Shown: positions 1 through 14,090 of the stretch, one piece after another
Numbering within the stretch: position 1 is the first letter of the stretch
Layout of the letters: the number at the start of each line of letters is the position of its first letter
Assembly: GCF_018350175.1 (NCBI RefSeq)
Contig: NC_058368.1
Location: 1,860,001 to 1,924,000, forward strand
DNA from: Felis catus
Taxonomy: Eukaryota
Reading direction: 5' to 3'
DNA: 64,000 nt
Notes under the pieces: generated by a model
What the model saw: the letters and a program-made list of their open reading frames with translations, nothing else
Databases searched by the model: none
Told to the model about the DNA's origin: nothing
Program-made: the position numbers and the translations under genes

Positions 1-554
1 CAATTTCATCATGCTGTTTAACCTAATCAACATTTAAGCATGTTATCCAGGGGTACATTCAACCAATGGATACAATGCAATCTGGGACAATAGAGGGTTT
101 CTTTTCTACCAATAGAGAGCCAAATGGTTATTCATTACTGGTCCAGAAGTGAGGAATCAAAAGAAATGATGAGTGAAATGGCTAATCTGATGATGTAATA
201 CAATCAAATAAAAATAAAGAACTACCACAGAGCCTGCATGTACTGTTCAAACTTAATTTATGTTCTCTGAAATGTGAACCATATAAAACTCATGATACAT
301 AATGATTAGTTCTTGCATAATACAGTAGACTCCTGCCCTTCTTCCAATGTCAGCCTTACAAAGGAGTTCTTCCGCAACGGAACCATGTGACACAAATTAA
401 AAACTGAATTCATCACCTGAGTAGGGAAAGCAGAGGGCTAAGGAAAGGCAAAGTCTAACAGAACACCCACAGAGGTGAATGGTGAAGCAAGACAAGAATA
501 AACAGAAGCAAGTCAGTAAGACGATAAATTCTACTGGAACATGCTGAATCTGAG

Positions 555-870
555 ATGTTTGTAGGCCTTCCAAATTAAAACATCCAGTAAGCACTTGGAT
601 TATAAGGCTCTGGAACTTTGGAGCAGCCTGTGCTGAATATAGATTTAGGAGTCATCGGTGCAGAAGTGGCACTTGAAGTCCTACGTGTGGAAGAGACAGT
701 CCGAGGAGAGTGTATACAGTCGGCAGGGTTGAGAACTGAGACAGAACACTAGCAGTTTGGCAATGAGCAGAGAAAAACAGAGAGCATAAATGAGGTCAAG
801 AAGGATCAGCCAAGAAGGTAGGAGGAAAAACTAACCAGAGTGGTTTTTCCAATACCTTGTGGAAGAAAGA
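555..870 (-). mobile_element. Old L2 LINE fragment
   Basis: L2-like motifs (atatagatttaggagtcatc, aaggtaggaggaaaa); highly diverged. Confidence 0.55.
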
Positions 871-1231
871 AAAACTGAAACATCTGTAAACTTCCGAGGG
901 GCAGAATGTCACCTCGAGTGTTTCTCGATTCAGATGTGACCAACATATTTAAACTTTTAATTCCGTTCAATAGTGTATTTATGTCTATATACTCAAATCT
1001 AGAGAAACGAGGATAACCAATGGAACACTGCTTTCTGTTCGGTGACGAACTCACGATTGAAAATAAGTTTAACAAAACCCGAACGAAATAAAAAGATTAG
1101 CCCCACTGTCATCTCTGTAACAATTTACAAACTAAAGTTGCTTATCAACTCCTCAAACGAAAGTACCAGGCCCCAGGCACAAAACTGCTAAAATGACAAT
1201 GCAAAAAGGGTTAACTTTCAGGCTGAGAAGC

Positions 1232-1291
1232 CATCTGCGTGTGGTGGTTCACAGCTGACAGGAACAGCTGTCTGCTTTGTCTAGACAGCTG
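1232..1291. promoter_or_regulatory. Candidate intronic bHLH E-box cluster
   Basis: CATCTG 1232-1237 and CAGCTG at 1252-1257, 1265-1270 and 1286-1291, in sequence I do not recognise as a repeat. Confidence 0.35.
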
Positions 1292-1934
1292 CTCGGATTC
1301 GGGGTAGCTGTTTCCAGTACCGCCAGCAAGTTTTGCACCTTTTCAAAAACTGCTGGAATGGGCTCTTCTTTCAGTCAAACGAACAACACAAAGAAGTGAA
1401 CTCGGATACGTATCGAAACAATTTCTGTCAGATACGGCAGCGCCAGAACCTGTTAATTTAGTTACAACTGCCTCTTTGATACTGATATGCTTTCGGTCAC
1501 CATTGCTCCGATTTACAGAATATACTGCAAGGTAATGAAGTCCCAGCATTTCTATAGAAAACATTTTTATGTATACAACCATGGACGAACAACCTTATTC
1601 TAGGTATTTTAAAATACGTACCATAGAACTACAATATTTTAAATGGTTCAATCGAGAAGGGAAGGCAGTTGTAAGGATAGTAAATAATATTTTTCAAACG
1701 AATAAAAAGGTGAGAAACTAAAATGGTTGGGATTAAAACAGCTTCCATTTTTTTCTTCTTAACTGGTCTTTATTGGACTTTTGCCCCAGTCATTACATCT
1801 AACTTGTGTGCTTAGGCTATTAACAGGAAATCAACATCCCTCTCCCCTCCACACACACATTTCTTTCACCAGCCTTTGACTATTACGGTGGGGACCCTCA
1901 TGAACAAACATGGGAACGTACAGCCTACTTCTTT

Positions 1935-2125
1935 TTTAAAATTTTTTGATAGAGACAGAGCGTGAGTAGGGGAAGGGCAGAGGAAGGGGGAGACACAGAA
2001 TCCGAAGCAGGCTCCAGGCTCTAAGCTGTCAGCACAGAGCCCGACGTGGGGCTCGAACTCAGGAACCGCGAGATCGTGACCTGAGCCCAAGTCGGCCGCT
2101 TAAGACTGAGCCACCCAGGTGCCCC
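1935..2125 (-). mobile_element. CanSINE (SINEC)
   Basis: Reverse complement of the ggggcacctgggtggctcag head; TSD agcctacttcttt at 1922-1934 and 2127-2139. Confidence 0.93.
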
Positions 2126-2257
2126 GAGCCTACTTCTTTCTAGCAAATAATAAACAAGACCATGTGAAGTTATAATCGAAATAAATTGCTATTCAAAAAC
2201 ACTACCTTGACCCATGACTGATAAATGAGCACATAAAGTACACTCTACTCTGTTATG

Positions 2258-2868
2258 GCAGTTCTTCAAGTGTCGTCCAGGGATCCTGACACATTGCTAA
2301 GACCATGTCAGGTTGTGTGTAAGGGCAAAACTGTTTCCACACTGGTACTAACACACTGTCACACATGTATACAGTGGAGTTTCCTCCAGGTTACTTGACC
2401 TGTAATATTACAACCAGCTGGATGTGGAAGCAGATCTGAGAATCAGTCTTCAGTTAAGCATGACATTAGAGTTTTACAAAAATATAAAACAACGCCACTC
2501 TTCAGTAAACTTTTCTTTTTCCAAAAATACAGCTATCTGTTCATTAAAATGTTATTTACGTTAATATGTAATGGTTTGAGTACTATTTTTTTTTCTAAGA
2601 TTTTAAGTAATCTCCCCACCCAACAGGGGGCCTGAACCCACAATCCTGAGATCAAGAATCACATGCTCCACTGACTGAGCCAGCCACATGCCCCTCCCAT
2701 TGCTACTTTTACATGAATCAACAAATCATTTTTTAAACTTTTTCGTTTAAAATTTTAATGTGGTAAATATTAGTAGTTATATCCCCATAAACAAAAGCTC
2801 TTCGGGGTCTTCAATAATTTTTAAGAATGTAAAGGTCTTCTGAGATCAAAAAGTCTGAGAATATCAGC
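2258..2868 (+). mobile_element. hAT-Charlie DNA transposon (Charlie4a-like) with a short CanSINE inserted at about 2595-2693 (-)
   Basis: Ends resemble cagt..ttctcaaagtgtggtcc and aaaagtttgagaaccgctg; internal ataaacaaaagctcttcggggtcttcaataattttt. Confidence 0.65.
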
Positions 2869-3081
2869 TCCAAGATAGTCATACTTCTATAACACTTTTA
2901 TAAATTACCAAGAACATTTCTCTGTAATTTCTGTTTAAGCAGATGTATCGATTAGGAGAGAAGGGTTTAAAGGAGAAAAGCAACCTGTCCTGTTTTACTT
3001 AAGACAAACACAGAAGCATGTACTCTTTTCAGTGGCACTCTTCCTTGGCCTTCACCACCAGAAATGAAAAGCAAGACTTAC

Positions 3082-3194
3082 TGTGAAAAACAGCTCCATA
3101 ACTCTGCTATCCAGAAGAGTCTCCCGCCAGGACTCTGTTGGCTTTAACAGCACATTTTGTGAAGATTCAAACATAGCTATATAATGTCTGCCCA
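3082..3194 (-). CDS. XPO4: Exportin-4 coding exon 7 (113 nt), (L)GRHYIAMFESSQNVLLKPTESWRETLLDSRVMELFFT
   Basis: Translated by hand. Begins after ...gataac|TG (AC acceptor), completing the Leu codon T|TG split from exon 6; donor ACA|gtaagt. Confidence 0.96.
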
Positions 3195-6100
3195 GTTATC
3201 TGGTGTCAAGGTCAACAACAATAACATTCTTACTTTGTCTAAAGTATAAGTATATCCTAAATATAACAGGAGCCATCCAGAAAGAATGTAATGGAAACAG
3301 TTTAAGCCTCTTCACATATGCTACATAATTCATGCATGAAGCTTAGGAATAAAAGGCATTAAGTGCTCAAAAAAAAAAAAAAAAAAAAAAGAAAGAAAGA
3401 ACTCTACAGAAATATAAGGTAACAGTTTCATCAGAACTACATGTCATGCTGCAGGGATATAAAAACTTCGATGATCAGAGATGCTAATGGTGGCAACAGA
3501 AGGAAAAACATGCATGTAAAACAGATGTCAAAATACAAGCAAAAAAGGAAAATCAATTTCTGCATATTTATCCCACCATTTCCCCCCAATATCTTAAAAC
3601 AGCTCAAACCACATATACAAAATGAGTCTCACAATAGACTACCTGGAAAAACAGCATTTCCACAAGAAATATATTATTTAGGAAACAAAAAAAGAACAAG
3701 AATATATAGCATACTGAAGCAGAAAAACTCCCACATATTAGATTATGCAAACACCACTTTCAGACAAATACCTAATTTACAGACAACTCTACAGGTGCTC
3801 ATTTACAATTCCCATGGACTAAAAAGCCACTTTGCTGGTGCTCAAGTGTTTCAACATCAAACGTACCCCAAATAGAATAGCATCTTCGCCATATAGAAGT
3901 TAACCAGTAACCATCACATATTTCTAAGTGTGCGCGAACATAATTCACTCAACGACACTGATGTAGGAACTGAGGTTTTAAGGAAAGGGAGAGCTGTCTG
4001 GGCATAAACACAGTAGTTATGCCACTGCACTGGTAACAAATGTCCAGCTAAGTACATCAACTAAGGCAACATTTGCATCACTCAATGAGAAATTTCACCA
4101 ACAGTTATCCAAAACTGCAGCTTCCAAAAATCAGACACAAGTTCAAATGCTGTATTTTCATTAAAGCCCAAATCATTAACAGAGAATATTAAAAGACCGT
4201 GATAATGCTGTGGAAACTATTTTATAAAAGATTATTACTTAACTCTCTTTTGAAATATCTAATATTTTGTCTCTGTAGAGCAAGGGGGAAACGGCGAATT
4301 GTTTCAGAAGTCTGCTTGCTTGTTTCTGAAAAAATATTTCTGCTCCAAAAACGTTCTGCAACTCCATCTGACTGATGAGTAAAAGCGAAACTCAAGTTTC
4401 ACTTTTCTCTTCCTTCATCTGCCACCTTGTGGAGGTGCAGGGAACAGGTTGGAAGCCACAAGAAGAACTGTTAGAACTGGGAATGGAGTAAGCCTGGGTT
4501 TTGAAAAGACGAAAAAAAAAATCAGCCCACAAATGCTAAGCTTTAGTGTGTCAATAGTTATTAAAATGATTTCACTTTCTCACCAGGCACCTATTTTGGT
4601 CTCACGTTATTCACAGTGTGTTGTGCACTCAGAATATGCGGACTGAAAACTACGTATTTTATTTAACATGTCTAAGAACAAAGGCTTGATTATCTTTTAG
4701 AGAAACAAAATGAAATATTCGTGGATGAAACCACATAATGTCTAGGATTTGCTTCACAATTATCTAAGGACGGAAGAGTACAGATGAAACAAGAATTTAA
4801 AGCTGTTGAAGCTGGATATTTATTTTTGTACATCTTTGAAATTTTCCACAATAAAAGGCTGGAGCATAAAAAAAGGAGGAGGCTTGAGCATAGGAAATAA
4901 AGTACCCGAGTAAGGCAATAAATTCTTTGCGCTTCATAAAACCGGTTTCACTTCATCTTTTCCAGTTTTATTCCCCTTAAATTTCAATGTCCCGTTTTAT
5001 TAATAAAAAGGTAATGATTTTGATATATACTGTTCATTAATGGAAAATATTTATTACTTATGCTAAGTACTATGTTGAGCAGAGATGGATAAAGAAAATC
5101 GTGACAATCCAGTTCCAATTTTTTAGGAGTTTGCAATCTTACATTAAAATGGTAACAAATTGTTATTTTGCTGAATATCCAGATCTAACACACTAAATAC
5201 AGGTGTATAATTTTACTAAATATTTTCACCGAGAAAAATAACAATTTATTAATAATTTATATGCTTACATAAGGTATAGATTTCAAGTTAGGGGGATATG
5301 AGACACATTCACATAACCATAGTAAAGTGGTTAGTCTCAAAGGAGACCATTTGCCCATTTTCTTGTCAATACAGCCACCCAGGCAGCCAGCAAACGCAAG
5401 CTGCTCTAAGAAAGGCAAATACTTCAGGTGCTGGTCAACTGCCAGAGAAAGTTAAAATCTATAACCCCGAAGAACGCTACACAGACAGTTTAAGCACAGA
5501 GGGAGAATACTGGCAAAAGTAAAGGGAGCAATACTTACGGAGTTTGCTAGTCTTGGAAATAAGGCAAATCTCATTCCAAGAGGGTAAAGAATCTCCCATA
5601 TCCTAACTAGGCCAGTTCTAGTCGACAAGGGGTTGGCCACTGTTCTTCAGTGAGTGGAAGGTGAAAACTTCAAAGATTAGTAAGTATTGCAAAAGGAAAC
5701 AAAACCTAAACCAAGATACTTGTTTAATTCTCTTTTCTACCCTTGATTTAGAAAATGTATATGCTCCATAAATTCTTTTGGATATCAAAGATTTATATTA
5801 AGAGAAAATGGAAAGACATACATTCAAGCGAGGGCTTTTTCCAGGTATGAAATGGACATAATTGCAATTGCTCACCTAAACATAGGGTTCAAAATCATCT
5901 TCAAATATTTAATTTTTTAAAAATCCTGGTTTCAGCTTCCCTGATCTTGGTCTGTTTTAAGCATACTTTTCCTGGTGCCTCGTATGTATGGCCAAATTTG
6001 CTCTAAAAGCTGACAATCAGCGTATTTTTTAAATGATGTTAATTCCTTACATTTTGCTAACAGCACATGGAGATCTGTGAGGTTAATATCTGACACCTGT

Positions 6101-6780
6101 CAGGAAATACCTTTCCCCCCAGTTATTTTAAATTTCATTTGAGTTTTGTTTTCCAACTCCAAACCTAGAAGGGACTTTTATCTCTGGCATGATATTTGCC
6201 TTCTACTAGAAAGCTCATTTATAACACACTTTGCTAAGAGGTTACCCTAACTGTTCTTTGAAGAATTGCTCTACAACACTGCAAACTTAACTACCTTCTC
6301 TTTTAAGTCAGCCCGGCACAGCCACTAACACCGTTTCATCATAATAAAAGTGCACATATACTCCCGTTGGTACAGTAAGATACAACCACATGTATCCATG
6401 TGACCATTCCCAAAAGCATTTTAATAAAAACTTGAAAAACAAAACAAAACAAAAACAAAGCAGTGTCATAATAATGGATGGAGCAAATTTTTAAGAACAG
6501 AGCTATTCAGACAAGAAAGACATGTTTTAGGTGGCAGACTGTGCTGTGAGCTGCTGAAGTGCTTGCCTTTGAATGAGAGGCTCTGAGGGTCCTTCCGAGT
6601 ACTTGAAATACTGTTACTATGGATGTACAAGTATTACTTTGCAACTTAAAAAAAAAGTGAGAAGCACATCACAGTGTGAAAAGAACAGTCATATACAGAT
6701 CTGGACCACATCTGTACACTCAAAATGTAAAAAATTCAGGTATTTCAATTTTTAATTTGTTACTGCCAATTCACTATTTC

Positions 6781-6857
6781 TGTGTGTACGTGTGTGTGTG
6801 TGTGTGTATGCGTATGTATATGTATGTATATGTATGTATCTATATATATATATATAT
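6781..6857. repeat. (TG)n/(TATG)n/(TA)n compound microsatellite
   Basis: Directly visible. Confidence 0.9.
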
Positions 6858-7351
6858 GACACCCCAAAATATCACTTCTCCAGATAATTCATAGTGTAGC
6901 TTACTTTAAAAACAAAACAAAGACTACCTCTAAAATTCAGAGATCTATCTAGCATTTCTATTCTTAAGACAACAATTTAAAAAATGATGTCAAGTTTAAG
7001 TAAAGCAAAAGTTTCTTTCAAAAACAACAGTTTCCTTTTCAAAAGTTTCGATTTATACCACTACATTAACGTGTCATAATATCTAAGCATTATACTGCTT
7101 TATCTATTTTATCCAAATGTGTCACTAATGAAAGAGAAGTCTGACAATGAAATGATTATTTACTAATTAATCATTCATGATACATTTTATACGCCTGTCA
7201 GGTTTTACAAGACGTATAAGTCACAACAGATTGATACTGGTTAAATAGCTATCATTTACCAAAATCTGCATCAGATTCTAAATCGAGAATCTTCTTGGGC
7301 TATGGCTTTAAACATTTATCTACAATAAATACCGAACTCAAGTAATTTATA

Positions 7352-7528
7352 TTAAAAAAAATATTTTTTTCAACGTTTATTTTTATTTTTGAGACAGAGA
7401 GAGAGTATGAATGGGGGAGAGTCAGAGAGAGAGAGGGAGACACAGAATCTGGCTTGAACTCACGAACTGCGAGATCATGAGCTGAGCCGAAGCCGGACGC
7501 TTAACCCACTGAGCCACCCAGGCGCCCC
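7352..7528 (-). mobile_element. CanSINE with internal deletion
   Basis: Head and tail present; cacagaatct joins directly to ggcttgaactc, so the middle segment is missing. Confidence 0.88.
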
Positions 7529-9906
7529 AATAATTTATATTTTGTATCAGAATAATTCATTTGTAACCAAAGAAAATAAAATGCAGTAAGACAGCCATAC
7601 AGAGAGCTGCTTTTAGTCTTTTAATGATCCTATGTCTTTTCAAAAATCTGTCATCCACATCTAATCTTACTTTACCTTCCCATACTTTCACCAGATTCAA
7701 AAATCACGAGTTACAGGACAACGATGTCTCTGTCACTGTACCAAATAGAAGCCCGCAAGGGTTCAAATTCTGAAGTGCTAAAACCCAAGCAGTCATCTAA
7801 GCTCAACACTATCTTAACCCTCTAGAAAATCGGCTGTAGTCAGATGTAAATTCAACTGCACCTCAGAACAGTGAAGTATTAACTCTATGTTCTCTACCCT
7901 CTCTTCACAACGATCCTATCGAGCTCTAAAATTCTCTTAGGGAAAGCTCAGCAAATTCTAAGAACTCAAAGGCATATACATGTACCACCTGTCCTATTTT
8001 ATAACTATATGACCGGAGACAAACACACTAGGCTAAGAGCCAGAAGGACAGAATCGAATCCCACCCTGCTACGGAGAGTCTCCGGAGTCCCGAGCAACAA
8101 GTCTTGAGGTTGGAAACAACAAACGGTATTATCAGTAAGCACATATCTTAATATGAGAGGAGAAAAGTCATCTTTGGAAATACACGGGTCCTTATGTATG
8201 CAAATAAGTTCTTGTTGGTCTAACATCTTTAGTAAGGGTATCGTCTTGTGGCGGAAGCAGACTGTAAAAAGTCGATGAGTTACACAGTAACTGCGAACCA
8301 TCCTCAAGCAACTGCAGAGGGTCTGAAAATTCCCACAGCCTATTCTGATAAATACTTCATGATATAGGAAGATCCTGTGGCAACAATGAACATTTTACAA
8401 AAGTAATAAAAACTCTCATTTCTCCATCTTCCCATATTCTTTTTAAGCTACCTCATTTGTAAAACCAAGCTTCAGAAGCAAAGGGAAGCCAAGTTTTTCT
8501 TCTTAAATATTTAACCTCTGTCACTATAAATTCTTCTAACAACAAAAACGGTTATTTCTCTTTCTGGCACAACACAGAACCAATGAGCCCAGGCTTAGTA
8601 AGACAGCATTCAGTCCAAGTAACCAAAAGTCCTTTGAAATAAAGGAGAACTGACCTCACCTGAATGTTTTCCCAAGCCTTCCCTGCAAATAGTAACATCG
8701 GCTTTACTGGAAATCCTAATTGAGGTGAAGGCTTCTATATCCCATTACTATTTTATGATCCAGTTAGCTTTACCCAAGAGACAGAGTTGAAATTTTTTTT
8801 TATCAAAACCAAATCAGATCCACAAAAATAGAATATCAATAAAAGGCAGTGTAACCAAACTAAAACAAGAAGTATTAAAGCCAACATACCAAACATACCT
8901 GCCAAACATTCTTATTACAAATGATACTGTCATTTATGATTAGCGTTGCCAAAACCCTTAAGCATTTATGGACACCAGGTGAACTACTAGCTAAATAATC
9001 TTAGCAGCAAAAACAAACATCCAAGAACTGAAATAACACTTCAGAATCAAATCACCTTACCTCAATAATTAAATAACATATATTTGTTAAGCATCTATTA
9101 CTACATGCCAGACTGTGCAAGGTGCTGAAACAACACAGTGAACAAAAAACATGACCCATGTTCTCATGAACTTCTAAATGAGTAAACAGATCTACTCAAA
9201 TAAGCTACAAATGAAAACTTACAGCTGAGAAGTGAGCCAAGGGGAGAAAATCACATATAACATGCATATGAGAAACCACAGCAAAAGAAACCTGATTAAA
9301 GGTACACAACTGCGGCACACTTAGGAGGTGATCAGGCGAAGGGGAGGGGTCCAGGCAGAAAAACCCATGTGAGAAGGTGCCATGGCAGAAAGGAAACGGC
9401 CTGAGAGAACAGCTTCACCAAGTGAGCAAACAAGAGTTTTGAGAAAGAGGCAGAAATCAAACCACCCAGGACCGTAGAGCCCGTTTTTAAATTGGGATGA
9501 TCCCATGACAGAGGATCACAGGACTAGGGACGCTTTCTTTGGACAGGAGTGATCTGCAACAGAATGAAAAGCAGGTGGATTCTGTCTCAGTTTCCTTCAG
9601 CAGACTGAGATCGGGGCACAATGGCTGAGTAATTATGATTAGCTCAATGGGCAGGGGGTGATTCTAACATCTACCACAACCCAGGAGCCTAGTATACGTT
9701 GCTCCACCAGCCTGGGGTGGAGGACACTTTCATAAATCACCTTCTACACATGTAAAACCTAAATATAATAAGTCCTGAATAAAAATAAGGGTTTGTAGAT
9801 GACACTGTATATATAATACTATTTTTAATCCACTAAACATAATATTTGAGCTAATAAATTCAGCAACATTACATAGTACAAGATTAACATTAAAAATGTA
9901 TTTCTA

Positions 9907-10130
9907 GGGGTGCCTGGGTGGCTCAGTGGTTAAATGTCCAACTTCGGCTCAGGTCATGATCTTGCGGTCCTTGAGTTCAAGCCTCGCTTCGGGCTCTGTG
10001 CTGACAGCTCAGAGCCTAGAGCCTGCTTCGGATTCTGTGTCTCCCTCTCTCCTTGCCCTTCCCCTGCTCGCTCGCTCACTCTCTCTCTCTCTCTCTCTCA
10101 AAAATAAACAAATAAACATTAGAAACAAAT
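9907..10130 (+). mobile_element. CanSINE
   Basis: ggggtgcctgggtggctcag head, (CT)n, A-rich tail. Confidence 0.92.
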
Positions 10131-10870
10131 TTTAAACTGTATTCCTATGTACTAACAATGAATATGAAAATAATTTTAAAATCAACTCCATTTATAATTG
10201 AATTAAAAAGAATAAAATATACATGAATGAAGTTGACAAAAGAATTCCAAACGTTCTACTCCAAAAACTATAAAATATTGTTGGAAGAAGTTAAAGATCT
10301 AAATAAACGGAAAGATATCCCATGTTCACGGACCAGAAAATTTAACAATGTTAACATGACAATACTCCCAAAATTCATCTACAGATTTAGCACAATACCT
10401 ATATCAAAATCCCAGCTGCCTTTCCTGCAGAAATTGATAAACCGATCCTAAATTTCATATGGAAATGCAAGGGACACAGAGAAGATAAAATAATCTTCAA
10501 AAAAGAACAAAGTTAGAGGACTCACACTTCCTGATTTCAAAACTTACTACAAAGCTATAATAATCAAGACACTGTGGCAGTGGCACAGTAACAGACATAA
10601 AGACCAACAGAACAGAAATAAGGAGCCAGAAACATACTGTCACATTTACAACTGGAAAATACTTTTTTTCAACAAATGATACAAGAACAACAGGATATTC
10701 AGCAAAAAAATGAAACTGGATCTTCACCTTTCACCATATACAAAAACTAACTTAAAATGATGACAGACCTAATGTATGACTGACCTAACTGTATGGGCTA
10801 AAAAACCATAAAACTCTTAGAAGAAAATATAAGATTAAACCTTTGTGACCTTAAGAACAAGAATAAAGTT

Positions 10871-10994
10871 AGGGCGCCTGAGTGGCTCAGTTGATTGAGC
10901 ATCCCAACTCTTAATTTCAGATCAGGTCATGATCCCAGGGTCACGGGATCGAGCCCCACATTGGGTTCTATGCTAAGTGTGCTTGACATTCATA

Positions 10995-11039
<45 letters not shown>

Positions 11040-11072
11040 TCCCTTCTCCCTTGCTCCTGCATTCTAAAAATA
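10871..11072 (+). mobile_element. Older CanSINE
   Basis: gggcgcctgagtggctcag head, (CT)n; degenerate TSD aagaacaagaataaagtt / aaggacaaggacaaagtc. Confidence 0.85.
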
Positions 11073-11380
11073 AAGGACAAGGACAAAGTCAGAGGATTGA
11101 CACAATCCAACTTACTACAAAGCTACAATAATTAAGACAGTGTGGTATTGGAAAAAGAATGGACAAATAGATAAATGGAACAGATAAAGAGATTAGAAAC
11201 AGACCCACATAAATATAGTCAAATAATCTTTAATAAAGGGGCAAAGGTAATACAATGGGGTAAAGACACTCTTTTCAACAAATAACGTTTGAACAACTGG
11301 ACCTTTAATGCAAAAAAAAAACAAAAAAACAAAAGCAAATTTAGACACAAACCTTACACCCTTTACAAAAATTTACTCAA

Positions 11381-11605
11381 GGGGCGCCTGGGTGGCACAG
11401 TCGGTTAAGCGTCCGACTTCAGCCAGGTCACGATCTCGCGGTCCGTGAGTTCGAGCCCCGCATCAGGCTCTGGGCTGATGGCTCAGAGCCTGGAGCCTGT
11501 TTCCGATTCTGTGTCTCCCTCTCTCTCTGCCCCTCCCCCGTTCATGCTCTGTCTCTCTCTCTCTCTCTCAAAAAAATAAATAAATGTTGAAAAAAAATTA
11601 AAAAA
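11381..11605 (+). mobile_element. Young SINEC_Fc-like SINE
   Basis: Diagnostic cagccaggtcacgatctcgcgg and ctgggctgatggc; perfect TSD aaaaatttactcaa at 11367-11380 and 11606-11619. Confidence 0.93.
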
Positions 11606-14046
11606 AAAAATTTACTCAAAACGCATCACAGACCGAAATGTAAAACACAAAACTAAAACTCCTAGAATATAGGAGAAAATCTAGACGAACAATGACTTGA
11701 CAATGCCCTTTTAGATACAATACCAAAGTCACGATCCAGGACAGAAAAAAATGGTAGAATGAATTTCATTAAAGTTAAAAACTTCTGCTCCGTGAAGGAA
11801 ATGTTAACAGAATAAGACAGTAAGCCACAGATTAGTCGAATATATTTGCAAAAGATATTTCTGGTCAAAGACTATTATACTATCCCAAACCCACAAAAAC
11901 CTTTAAAGTTCAACAATAAGAAAAACAGCCTGGTTGAAAAAACGGGCCAGACCTTACCAGACACGTCACCAAAGATATACAGATGGCAGTAAGCACGTGG
12001 AAAGATGCTCCATGTCGTGGTCACCAGGGATATATGCAAATTAAAACAACAGTAAGATACCAGTACAACCTACCCCTTTGGCCAAAATCTAGAACAGACA
12101 ACACCAAATGCTTACAAGGACGTGCGGCTGAAGGAACACTCATTCCTTGCTGGTGGGAGTGCAGAACCGTGCAGCCACTTTTGAGGTCAGTTTGGCAGTT
12201 TCGTATAAAACTAAACATACTCTTACCAAACAATCCAGCAATTGTGCTCCTGGGCATTTACATAAAGGAGCTGAAAATTTTTGTTCACACAAAAACCTGC
12301 AAATGCACGTGGAGCCATTACTGCTAAAACTTAAGGGGAAAGAAGGATACGGGAAATCTCTGTACCTTCTGCTCAATAGTGCTATGAAACTAAAATTCCT
12401 CTTCAAAAAGTCTATTAAAAAAAAATCTCTCTTGGGAATACAAGCTGGTGCAGCCGCTCTGGAAAACAGTATGGAGGTTCCTCAAAAAGCTGAAAGTCGA
12501 ACTACCCTACGACCCAGCAGTTGCACTACTAGGTATTTACCCAAGGGATACAGGTGTGCTGTTTCGAAGGGACACAGGCACCCCGTGTTTATAGCAGCAC
12601 TATCGACAATAGCCAAAGTAAGGAAAGAGCCCAAATGTCCATCGATGGATGAATGGATAAAGAAGATGTGGGGTGTGTGTGTGTGTGTGTGTGTGTATGT
12701 AAATATATATAAAATATACATGTGTACGTACGTACATACATATAATATATATGTAGCATACTGTACATATATAATATATATACACACATACATACGTACA
12801 CACAATGGAGTATTACTCGGCACTCAAAAAGAATGAAATCTTGCCATCTGCAACTACGTGGATGGAACTGGAGGGTATTATGCTAAGTGAAATTAGTCAG
12901 AGAAAGGCAAAAATCATATGGCTTCACTCCTATGAGGACTTAACAGATGTCAAGAAGAGACAAAACAGATGAATATATGGGAAGGGAAACAAAAATAATA
13001 TCAAAACAGGGAGGGGAACAAAACAAAAGAGACTCATAAATATGGAGAGCAAACAGAGGGTCACTGGAGGGAGTGGGCGGGGAGGGGGATGGGCTAAATG
13101 GGTAAGGGGAATTAAGTAATCTACTCCTGAAATCATTGTTGCACTGTATGCTAATTTGGATATAAATTTAAAAAAATAAAATTAAAAAAAATCTTTCTGA
13201 CCTTAAGTTATATACAGAGCTGTCTTATAAATATATCCAAAAGCAGAAACAAAAGAAAAACAGATAAATCAGACATCATCAAAATTAAAAAATTTCTATG
13301 TTTCAAAGGCCATTACCAATAAAGTAAAAAAGACAACCAACAAAATAGGAGACTTACTTTAGATTTTAATAATATATACAGGACTCTTACAACTCAAAGA
13401 TTAAAAAAAATACTAACTCAATTTAAAAATGAACAAAGGATCTGAACAGATATTTCTTTAAAGATACACAAATGACCAAAAAAACCAAAAACCAAAAAAC
13501 AAAAAACAAATGAAATGATGCTCAATAGCATTTATCAATAGGGTAAGGCAATTCTTAGCCACAACAAGATACCACTTTGTATGAAACAAGATGGTTATAA
13601 ACAAAAAAAACAGAAACAAATGTTGGTAAGGGTGCAGACAAAATGGAATACTCATATACTACAATGTTAATGCAAAAGTAGTGTAGGTATTGTGGGAAAC
13701 AGTCTGATAGTTCCTCAAAATGTTAAATAACAGTTATCATATGACCTAGCAATTCCACTCCTGCATATACACCCAAGAGAAATGGAAACATACATCCACA
13801 AGTATGGAAAAAGATGTTCCCAGCAGCAGCATTCTGTACTGGAAATTATTTTAAAACAATGGAAAGAACTCAAATGACTATCGACTGATCAGATGAACAG
13901 AGAAATAAAACACAGTACTATGCACACAGTGGAATATTACTTGGCAATAAAAAGGAATGGAATATGGATATATGCTACAACATGAGCAAACCTCAAAAAC
14001 ATGCCACATAAAAGTGACAAAAAACCCACGTATTGTATGGTTCCAT

Positions 14047-14049
<3 letters not shown>

Positions 14050-14090
<41 letters not shown>

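Noticed and set aside
1..3081. XPO4 exon 8
   Set aside because: I could not find the expected VHRKIREDSD peptide on the minus strand; presumably outside the window.
3441..3875. 144-aa plus-strand ORF antisense to XPO4
   Set aside because: A-rich, no recognisable protein features, no supporting promoter or splice structure.
9907..9990. tRNA genes at SINE heads
   Set aside because: The A/B-box tRNA-like heads belong to CanSINEs and continue into the SINE body and (CT)n.
12147..12836. Longest ORF (229 aa, +)
   Set aside because: Chance read-through across two L1 fragments and a (TG)/(TA) microsatellite.
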